DNA of 64,000 nucleotides from Escherichia virus TH54: sequence record MT446420.1; one strand, 5' to 3'. Shown piece by piece: positions 57,322 to 64,000 of this stretch (position 1 is its first letter; each line of letters starts with the position of its first letter). The notes under the pieces were generated by a model. It saw only the letters and a program-made list of their open reading frames with translations, ran no database searches and was not told where the DNA came from. The position numbers and the translations under genes were made by a program.

Positions 57322-58978
57322 CTTTTTTCATCTGGAGATGTTGCCCGTATGCTTCCGGGTCATGGTCTCGGTGACTGATAATAAAAATGTTGGTGTCTTC
57401 CAATTTGTTCAGGATGGTAGCAATTGCTTTAACACCCTCTACATCAGTGGCCGAGTCAAAAACTTCATCCAGAATCAATGTGTTAATATTAACACCAGAT
57501 ACTTTCGCAGCAATATCGCGCCATGTAAACAGCAATGCAATATCTATACGAGCTTTTTCACCCTGGCTAAATGATGCATAGCTAAAGTCTTCACGTCCAC
57601 GAGATTTAATCGTTTCGTTGAACTCTTCATCTAACGTAAAGCTATAATCAGCTTCCATAACTTTAAGATAAGCGTTTATCTGCTTATTAAAGATAGGAAT
57701 ATATTTCTTAATAATCGCGCCCTTGATACCAGAATCTTTCAACATATCCGTTAGGATACCACGTTGATATTTTTCCATCACAAGGTCAGATTTCTGTTTG
57801 ACTATTTTATCAAGCTGGTCTTGAAGCATTTTAATGTCTGCTGCATGGTCAATGAATTCTGACTTGGCCTGCTCGATTAATGCTTTAACCCTTTTAGCTT
57901 TTTCGACAGTCTGGACTAAGGTTTGTTTCTTAGTTTGAATGTCTTGAGCTATTGTACGCTGGTTTTGTCTTGCCTTGGTATACGCATCAAATTGCTCCTG
58001 AACAGCATTCTGGCGAGCTTTATGCTTATCAGCCGATGCATTACATTCTTCAATCTTTGACTCAATCCTGGCGACAATAGGGTCTCCTGGATGCAACTGA
58101 CTAGCACAGGTCTGACAACAACCACCTTTCTCGTACAGGCTAACAACCTTTCGATAATCGTCAATCTTCGATTTAATCAGGAATGATTCCTGCTTTAACT
58201 TTGTGAGTTCGTGCTCAGGGTCTTCTCCCAAGATTATCTCGGTCAGTCTTGTCGTTGCTTCTTCGATAGTTGCCTTGATTCCACGTGCTTCTGTGGCAAG
58301 TTCATCATACATCGTTTGCAGTCGCAACAGATTATCACCCGACAATTTTCTTTGACGGTCTTCGTTGTCCTGATAGATTTTAATCTGTTGAACGATACCG
58401 TCATGCTGTACATCCATCACCTGGATTTGGCTATTGACTTCGCGGATAAGAGATTTGTTCAGCTTATCCATATCGGCCAGTACAGAAACCTCTAAAAGGT
58501 CTTCGACAAGCTTTCTTCTGGCAGGAGTGGATAGGCCCATAAAAGGGGTATATCCAGCTGTGCCGAGTACGACAATTTGTTTGAAGCTTGCGTATGACAT
58601 TCCGATAAGCTGTTCAAATTCCGCTTGGAAGTCTTTACTGCTGGCAGATTCATCAAGACGTTTACCGCCACAAGAGATTTCAAAAACATTGGGTTTTTGC
58701 CCGCGTTTGATATAGTATTCTTTTCCATCATATTCCATCCACAATTCAACGAGCATATCTTTTTTGTTGCTCGAGTTAATCAGCTGACCTTTCTTTACAT
58801 CACGGAAAGGCTTACCGAACATAGCAAAGGTAACCGCTTCAAGGAACGTAGATTTACCTGCGCCATTCTTGCCGGTTACAAGAGTTTTCTGGACTTTATC
58901 CAGTTCAACAGTAATCGGTTGAGCACCAACCGACATAATATTTTTATAGATAACTTTCTTTAGCTTAAACGTTTTCAT
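57296..58978 (-). CDS. 46: recombination endonuclease subunit gp46 (Rad50/SbcC-like)
   Basis: 560 aa; MK.FKL..V.YKNIMSVG...I...LDKVQKTL.TG.NG.GKST.LEA as T4 gp46. Confidence 0.95.
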   Translation of the reverse strand: MKTFKLKKVIYKNIMSVGAQPITVELDKVQKTLVTGKNGAGKSTFLEAVTFAMFGKPFRDVKKGQLINSSNKKDMLVELWMEYDGKEYYIKRGQKPNVFEISCGGKRLDESASSKDFQAEFEQLIGMSYASFKQIVVLGTAGYTPFMGLSTPARRKLVEDLLEVSVLADMDKLNKSLIREVNSQIQVMDVQHDGIVQQIKIYQDNEDRQRKLSGDNLLRLQTMYDELATEARGIKATIEEATTRLTEIILGEDPEHELTKLKQESFLIKSKIDDYRKVVSLYEKGGCCQTCASQLHPGDPIVARIESKIEECNASADKHKARQNAVQEQFDAYTKARQNQRTIAQDIQTKKQTLVQTVEKAKRVKALIEQAKSEFIDHAADIKMLQDQLDKIVKQKSDLVMEKYQRGILTDMLKDSGIKGAIIKKYIPIFNKQINAYLKVMEADYSFTLDEEFNETIKSRGREDFSYASFSQGEKARIDIALLFTWRDIAAKVSGVNINTLILDEVFDSATDVEGVKAIATILNKLEDTNIFIISHRDHDPEAYGQHLQMKKVGRFTVME

Positions 58979-59199
58979 GTATTGTTCTCACGAATTGTTT
59001 GTTCAGCATATTCTAGCATTTCTTCGGAAGAAGCAAACACGTCGTCAAGTTCCATGGCCCATGAAACACCTTCAGAATATTCAGAAGTGACATACATAGT
59101 TCCGGTATACCAAGAACCATCCACGTTCCATTCTACATTACCGAACCAGCCATCGCCAATATGAAAATCATGTTTATACATTTTCATCATTATAAGCAT
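58975..59199 (-). CDS. hypothetical protein (46.1 position)
   Basis: 74-aa ORF. Confidence 0.35.
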   Translation of the reverse strand: MLIMMKMYKHDFHIGDGWFGNVEWNVDGSWYTGTMYVTSEYSEGVSWAMELDDVFASSEEMLEYAEQTIRENNT

Positions 59200-59437
59200 C
59201 CTTGATGCATGATTCAGCCATATGAATTAATGTCTCTGGAGTATCATCTTCCATTACATTAAAACTAAATTCTACGGCCCAATCGGTGACTACATAGACT
59301 TTGATAAGTTGACCGGTTTCCAGGTCAGTGATAGCTTCAAACCAATACTTAATAGTATTCGGTTGATTATCGTCGTCAACCACATCACATTCGCGGATAT
59401 GTTCAAGCCCCGCTTCATTAAAATCATAAAGTCTCAC
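59174..59437 (-). CDS. hypothetical protein (46.2 position)
   Basis: 87-aa ORF. Confidence 0.35.
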   Translation of the reverse strand: MRLYDFNEAGLEHIRECDVVDDDNQPNTIKYWFEAITDLETGQLIKVYVVTDWAVEFSFNVMEDDTPETLIHMAESCIKDAYNDENV

Positions 59438-60453
59438 GGTTGTACCTCAAGATATAATTTGTTGGCCAATGCTTTAAGAGCTTTTGATTCTTTCTCATTG
59501 GTGTCAGGTAATGCATCAATATATTCTGCCATCATATCAGTTAAGCGTTTTATGTCTAACTCTTCTTCGGAGTCAGTCGTATCAACACTGTTATCAACCT
59601 TATTAACAACACGCAATTCATGCACACGCTTTTCTAATTCAGATTCGAACTTGGTCAGGTCTTTATCGACTTTTTCTACAATAACACGGACTGATAAGTC
59701 TTTGAAGTCGTCGTAGTTAATAGTTTCGTTTGGATAGAAAATCTTCCGATGCCAAGTGGTTTCATTCGGAATAAATTTCATCTCTTCGGTTTCTGTATCA
59801 AATTCCCAGAATCCGCGCGGGTCATTCTCATCACCTGCTGTTAATGTCCATGGCGTTCCTATGTACTTAACGTTCGCAGCTTCTGAAATGGTATGGAAGT
59901 GCCCAGACCAAACTTGCTTGTACTTCTTAAGGAAATCAGGCTCAAGCCCGTGGGATTTCAATCCTTTATAGAAATAAAACCCGGTTAATTCCCAGTGACC
60001 GATGCAATATTCAGCACCAGAAGTTTTGATATGTTGGTGAATGTCAGTCGCGTTCTCGTCACACATCCATGGAATCATATCAATCTGACAACCGTCAAAA
60101 TCAACAGTCGTTGGCTTGTCGTAGATTTTAACATGGTCATACTTATTCAGGAGTTCGGTGATAGCATTAGGATGAATCTTATTCTTCAGATTCATGTCAT
60201 GGTTCCCGACTATCGTGTGCATAGTAATTCCTGCTTCACGAAGGAGTTCCATAATCTCGCGGCTGAATTCCATTGTCTTATGCGTTACGGCCTTACGGAC
60301 GTCAAAAATATCACCATATTGAATCCAAACTTTAATTCCATTCGCTTTGGAATATGCAATCGCCTGTAAAATACCATCACGTTGAATGTTTTGAGCCCAT
60401 GGGTCGTCAGCTTTGACACCCAAGTGCCAATCACCTAAATTTAAAATTTTCAT
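59434..60453 (-). CDS. 47: recombination endonuclease subunit gp47 (Mre11/SbcD-like)
   Basis: Start set to ATG 60453 (MKILNLGDWHLG as T4 gp47); phosphoesterase motifs GDWHLG, GNHD; track ORF extends 9 codons further. Confidence 0.9.
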   Translation of the reverse strand: MKILNLGDWHLGVKADDPWAQNIQRDGILQAIAYSKANGIKVWIQYGDIFDVRKAVTHKTMEFSREIMELLREAGITMHTIVGNHDMNLKNKIHPNAITELLNKYDHVKIYDKPTTVDFDGCQIDMIPWMCDENATDIHQHIKTSGAEYCIGHWELTGFYFYKGLKSHGLEPDFLKKYKQVWSGHFHTISEAANVKYIGTPWTLTAGDENDPRGFWEFDTETEEMKFIPNETTWHRKIFYPNETINYDDFKDLSVRVIVEKVDKDLTKFESELEKRVHELRVVNKVDNSVDTTDSEEELDIKRLTDMMAEYIDALPDTNEKESKALKALANKLYLEVQP

Positions 60454-60593
60454 AAGCCAAGCGCCGTTATCGCAGTGCAAAATAAAATTATTGAAATGAA
60501 CCCGTCAGGAGTAGAAAAGAATCCTATCCAACAAGCTCGTGTGAATGTGTAGAATGCCATGAATAACACAACATATCCTAAAAATAATTCCAT
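60450..60593 (-). CDS. hypothetical small membrane protein (47 aa)
   Basis: Hand-translated MELFLGYVVLFMAFYTFTRACWIGFFSTPDGFISIILFCTAITALGL; GAGGAG SD; stop overlaps gp47 ATG. Confidence 0.3.
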   Translation of the reverse strand: MELFLGYVVLFMAFYTFTRACWIGFFSTPDGFISIILFCTAITALGL

Positions 60594-60613
60594 ATAATCT
60601 CCTCAGTTGGTTC

Positions 60614-60641
60614 ATTTTATCATCCCGAATATAAAGCAAAA
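60614..60641 (-). promoter_or_regulatory. candidate MotA-dependent middle promoter upstream of 47/46
   Basis: Minus-strand TTTGCTTTA, 12-nt spacer, TAAAAT, after a terminator hairpin. Confidence 0.4.
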
Positions 60642-60643
60642 AA

Positions 60644-60660
60644 GGAAGCACTAGGCTTCC
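60644..60660 (-). terminator. intrinsic terminator
   Basis: Minus-strand GGAAGC-CTAGT-GCTTCC then TTTTTTG. Confidence 0.45.
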
Positions 60661-60824
60661 TTTCCAATTAATACACCATACAGAGGTTCGCGATTAGACT
60701 TGAACTTGATTTTCTTATGGGTAATAGTACCTTCATTTTCTGCTTTAATACGAGCGGCTTCAAATTGAAGTATCATCTCATTTTTGCCAGATTTAATCTT
60801 ATCAAAATCCATCGAATTCGTCAT
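60651..60824 (-). CDS. hypothetical small protein (57 aa)
   Basis: Hand-translated MTNSMDFDKIKSGKNEMILQFEAARIKAENEG...; followed by terminator hairpin. Confidence 0.25.
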   Translation of the reverse strand: MTNSMDFDKIKSGKNEMILQFEAARIKAENEGTITHKKIKFKSNREPLYGVLIGKEA

Positions 60825-60905
60825 TCATATGACCTCTTAAACTTTTTCGTATTCGTCATTCATAAGCTTAAAAATCCGGGTGTTCGTCTTCAAAGCAACC
60901 GATAT

Positions 60906-61106
60906 TCATCGCTGCCACCACTTCTTAAGTTGATGAGAATCGACCCAAACCTTGGCCACAGGCTCAATCTGAAAAATACCATCAGAATACTGACCAACCA
61001 TTTTATATTCGGTTTCGGTCTGCTTGATACAGATATTACCGTATGAGCGAAGTCTGAAAGCGGCTCCAACAAGAAGCCGTTTAAAAGGTTTATTTACTAA
61101 TGCCAT
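60906..61106 (-). CDS. hypothetical protein
   Basis: 66-aa ORF. Confidence 0.3.
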   Translation of the reverse strand: MALVNKPFKRLLVGAAFRLRSYGNICIKQTETEYKMVGQYSDGIFQIEPVAKVWVDSHQLKKWWQR

Positions 61107-61401
61107 TTACGATTTCCCAAATTTGTTTGCGAGTAGTTTCCCACATCAACTTAATCAGGTCTTCCGTAACTGGTTGGCGGTAAATTCCACGCAGTTTAAC
61201 TAAAGCATATTTGTATGCTTCAAAATTGTTTTCCAGCACTGCCCCTTGAGCATGCTTATTCAGTCGTGCAATTTCACGAGCATTCTTTTTCAGAATCTTT
61301 GCTGCTTGACTCTGTGCTTCGAGTGCGTTCGCTTCTTCGAGACGTTCCTGTGCTTCTTCAATCTGCTTATCGGTCAGTTGAGAAATATCTGGAGCTTGCA
61401 T
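61090..61401 (-). CDS. hypothetical protein
   Basis: 103-aa ORF. Confidence 0.35.
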   Translation of the reverse strand: MQAPDISQLTDKQIEEAQERLEEANALEAQSQAAKILKKNAREIARLNKHAQGAVLENNFEAYKYALVKLRGIYRQPVTEDLIKLMWETTRKQIWEIVNGISK

Positions 61402-61402
61402 A

Positions 61403-61654
61403 TTAATCCTTGGGAGTTAACTCAATTGTAAAATATAGATTAGCATTATCCACATGATAACGGTAATCAACGTTATTATCCGGTGAAGTAAATTCCAGAT
61501 TCCGGACGTTTAAAGGGTCGATATCAATTGGAAGACCTTTTATGTCTCGCAGATAAAGTTTAATGAAATATGGGAGCGCAGTAAAGTCTTCCTCGATTTT
61601 ATCTAAAAAATCGGTAATATCAAATTGATGTTCCATATAAAAAATCCAAATCAC
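61403..61654 (-). CDS. hypothetical protein
   Basis: 83-aa ORF. Confidence 0.35.
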   Translation of the reverse strand: MIWIFYMEHQFDITDFLDKIEEDFTALPYFIKLYLRDIKGLPIDIDPLNVRNLEFTSPDNNVDYRYHVDNANLYFTIELTPKD

Positions 61655-62177
61655 CTTCTTTATCTTTGGCGCTCTTATCAGACCCTGGCGCTTTAACTAA
61701 AGAGGATTCGTACTGTGTCATTTTGTCATAGATGTCCTGGATAAATGTTTCATCAGCCAGAGCCACCATATCGTCGTCACGTGAATCATATACGTTATGG
61801 ACGAAGTAGCTATATTTCTTTGCCATTTCTTTACGTTCTTTTTTGATACGCTGAACGAAAGCATTGAAGCAAGCCATTGTTATGTAAGCATGTGGATTAT
61901 CGTATTTTGTTTCGTCGAAGTTGTGAAGACCTTTTATTGCGGCCTCAATTCCGTCTGCTATCATTTCTTGCTTCCAGGATTGGGTATATCCGGAGAAGTT
62001 GAAACGTTTGCTAAGACCTTCGGCTATAAGCATAATCGCCAGACCAATAACATCGTTCTGGCGAATAATTTTGTTCGGGTCGGTGTTCGCATTCAGCTTC
62101 TGTTTCCACTCCGAAATAGCTTTCAAAAGCTCTTTATTATTTACATAGTTATTCTTGGTTAATTTAATTTCGTTCAT
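61620..62177 (-). CDS. 55: late-transcription sigma factor gp55
   Basis: 185 aa; ...[14 protein letters not shown]....[101 protein letters not shown] near-identical to T4 gp55. Confidence 0.95.
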   Translation of the reverse strand: MNEIKLTKNNYVNNKELLKAISEWKQKLNANTDPNKIIRQNDVIGLAIMLIAEGLSKRFNFSGYTQSWKQEMIADGIEAAIKGLHNFDETKYDNPHAYITMACFNAFVQRIKKERKEMAKKYSYFVHNVYDSRDDDMVALADETFIQDIYDKMTQYESSLVKAPGSDKSAKDKEGDLDFLYGTSI

Positions 62178-62225
62178 ATCGCCTCACTTAGTATATGAAT
62201 ATTATATCATCCTTAATACAAAGCA

Positions 62226-62492
62226 TTAGCGAAGTAAACAGTAAGCCTGAAAGACCTTCTCCATAATTGCCTTAAATTCATGGATGTCAATATAAGGAAT
62301 AACCTCGGCATCACTAATGAATTCCATCAAACGGTCATGCTCGTTGCGGTATTGTCCTTCATTCAGCATACCGATATGGGACTCCCAAGAGCCATACCCT
62401 TCTGCGTGCGGGAAGAATGTTATTTTCATAAATTCATCCACCCAAAACGTTCCCAGGTCCTGGACGGATATCATTGTATGATTGATGTGCAT
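62226..62492 (-). CDS. hypothetical protein
   Basis: 88-aa ORF. Confidence 0.35.
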   Translation of the reverse strand: MHINHTMISVQDLGTFWVDEFMKITFFPHAEGYGSWESHIGMLNEGQYRNEHDRLMEFISDAEVIPYIDIHEFKAIMEKVFQAYCLLR

Positions 62493-62779
62493 CAGTACAC
62501 CATCTGGGCAGCTTCTAAAACATCGTCAAGCTTATCAAACTGGTCAACATAATCAATCCCACCTACTTCATCTTTGGCATACAACCAATACTGATGGAAT
62601 TCATATTCAATAATAAAGTGGTCGCCTTCAATCTGGAGGACACCAACATCATTAAATTGAACTGCATAACCCGTCAAGCGGACATCATTCAGGAGTTCTT
62701 CTTTCATAGTAATCATTTCCAAGTTTTTATCGTAATTAGAGAGTTTTATTTTAATCATTAAGATAATCCTCAAATTCAT
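62492..62779 (-). CDS. hypothetical protein
   Basis: 95-aa ORF. Confidence 0.35.
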   Translation of the reverse strand: MNLRIILMIKIKLSNYDKNLEMITMKEELLNDVRLTGYAVQFNDVGVLQIEGDHFIIEYEFHQYWLYAKDEVGGIDYVDQFDKLDDVLEAAQMVY

Positions 62780-63005
62780 TTAATGTCATGCCTTCGTTCC
62801 ATGCTGTTTTCAGGTGTGGCATTCTGCTATACGTCGTTTCCGAGCTTATAGGAAATATCCTGAAATCACGATTACTGTCACCAAGCATATTGGCAGCTTT
62901 TATAATAGTTTCACTTTTATTCATTATAGTTGTACGTTGAACACCATGAATAAATGGACCTTTAAAGACAATTATGGCTGATACACCTTCTGGTAAATTA
63001 TTCAT
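62751..63005 (-). CDS. hypothetical protein
   Basis: 84-aa ORF. Confidence 0.35.
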   Translation of the reverse strand: MNNLPEGVSAIIVFKGPFIHGVQRTTIMNKSETIIKAANMLGDSNRDFRIFPISSETTYSRMPHLKTAWNEGMTLNEFEDYLND

Positions 63006-63328
63006 TTCACACCCTTAACAATTTTCAGGTCAACAAAACCTTTCTTGCGCTGGGACTTCATACGCTTGATAGCTTTATCAGAAACTTCTTTGTTTTCACG
63101 CAGAAGCGGTAAACCAAACGCTACTACATCAAATTCATTCAGGATATACTGGACAAGGCTTTCACGAATACGCGCTTTACCCATTGTCTGACCTTCCGCA
63201 ATAATCAGTTTCTGTACATCGCCTTCCCACTGGTCCAGAATCTCAGGGGTAACAAAACCAGATTTCATCAGAGTGTTAACTTTAGCAAATGCGAAATTAG
63301 CGATGATGTTAGTGATAGATGCAGTCAT
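63002..63328 (-). CDS. hypothetical protein
   Basis: 108-aa ORF. Confidence 0.35.
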   Translation of the reverse strand: MTASITNIIANFAFAKVNTLMKSGFVTPEILDQWEGDVQKLIIAEGQTMGKARIRESLVQYILNEFDVVAFGLPLLRENKEVSDKAIKRMKSQRKKGFVDLKIVKGVK

Positions 63329-63370
63329 GATATATTCCTCAGTCTCATTAAATTAAAATTTTATTATCCC

Positions 63371-63392
63371 GGGGTCATTATACCATGACCCC
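63371..63392. repeat. related hairpin ggggtca-ttatacca-tgacccc (third copy of stem)
   Basis: Same 7-bp stem, loop differs by 2 nt. Confidence 0.8.
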
Positions 63393-63400
63393 GTTGGTTT

Positions 63401-63598
63401 TTATTGCGCTTTAGCCGCTTTCCAGCCTTCATACATCATTGCGGCTGATATTAATATCGCTCCTGAACAACTTGAATACTTGTGATTCCAAAACCAGTTT
63501 AGAAAAACTTCGTCATCGATACCTTGAGCTATCATATTTTCAAAAAACTGGCGACGAGCTTCAGCAATTCGCTGTGATAATTTAGATTCAGGGTTCAT
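63401..63598 (-). CDS. hypothetical protein
   Basis: 65-aa ORF. Confidence 0.3.
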   Translation of the reverse strand: MNPESKLSQRIAEARRQFFENMIAQGIDDEVFLNWFWNHKYSSCSGAILISAAMMYEGWKAAKAQ

Positions 63599-63823
63599 TT
63601 AAATTTTCCAGTTACCGTTTTCATCAATAAATTCAATCCAGTCATTTACTGACCACTTGGTTGTATCGCCTTTTGGAGCAGAATTTAAAGTGTATAACCC
63701 TTGTTTAAAAAGCATACGTTTGATATTCATATTTTCCTCAGCTGTAACGATAGCATTCGTTTGATTTACGCTTTGCAACACGGTGAGAAGTATTATAATC
63801 AAAATCATCCTCAACGTATACAT
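63599..63823 (-). CDS. hypothetical protein
   Basis: 74-aa ORF. Confidence 0.3.
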   Translation of the reverse strand: MYTLRMILIIILLTVLQSVNQTNAIVTAEENMNIKRMLFKQGLYTLNSAPKGDTTKWSVNDWIEFIDENGNWKI

Positions 63824-64000
63824 CTTTTTTCAACTGGCGAACTTCTTTGCGCAGTTGACGATTCATTTCATTCTTGACTTCTGAATCAACGCCACGCATA
63901 CGCTTCCATTTGTCTGAACGGAAAATATTTTCTTCAACTTGTTCCTGACTTACACCGTCTGGTGCTTTACGACGTCCGGAATAATAAAAATCTTTTACAG
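63738..64000 (-). CDS. hypothetical protein, C-terminal part (start beyond window end)
   Basis: Open minus-strand frame from window end to TGA at 63740-63738 (...RMRGVDSEVKNEMNRQLRKEVRQLKKDVYVEDDFDYNTSHRVAKRKSNECYRYS). Confidence 0.3.
   Translation of the reverse strand, partial: VKDFYYSGRRKAPDGVSQEQVEENIFRSDKWKRMRGVDSEVKNEMNRQLRKEVRQLKKDVYVEDDFDYNTSHRVAKRKSNECYRYS

Noticed and set aside
60717-61046. 109-aa plus-strand ORF
   Set aside because: Antisense to small minus-strand ORFs in a uniformly minus-strand region; no SD; repetitive hydrophobic translation.

Overview
This window is a 64-kb stretch of a T4-like (Tevenvirinae) myovirus genome, read entirely by eye from the sequence and the ORF track; all homology statements rest on recalled T4/RB69 protein sequences and gene order, not on database searches. 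Gene order follows T4: td (partial), frd, 32, 59, 33, dsbA, rnh on the minus strand; the late tail-fibre/lysis block 34-35-36-37-38-t on the plus strand; then a long minus-strand early/middle region asiA, arn, motA, 52, stp, ndd, rIIB, rIIA, 39, dexA, dda, srd-like, two ModA/ModB-like ADP-ribosyltransferases, soc, 56, 61, 41, 40, uvsX, 43, regA, 62, 44, 45, rpbA, 46, 47, 55. Departures from T4 that deserve a second look: (1) a ~3.2-kb block of ten small early ORFs sits between helicase 41 and primase 61, including a 105-aa protein with an NAD-binding-like HGS motif and a 97-aa exported protein; (2) no glucosyltransferase or dCMP-hydroxymethylase gene at the canonical T4 loci although dCTPase gp56 is present; (3) gp39 is one fused 610-aa ORF with no gene-60 split; (4) an HNH/AP2 endonuclease gene overlaps the rIIB stop; (5) a near-perfect 40-bp tandem duplication spans the dexA start; (6) repeated early promoter/stem-loop cassettes, one identical over 38 bp at two sites 10.8 kb apart. 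No tRNA, rRNA or CRISPR array was seen. ORF-track starts sometimes use TTG, so a few starts were re-set to the ATG matching T4 (38, 56, 47, frd).
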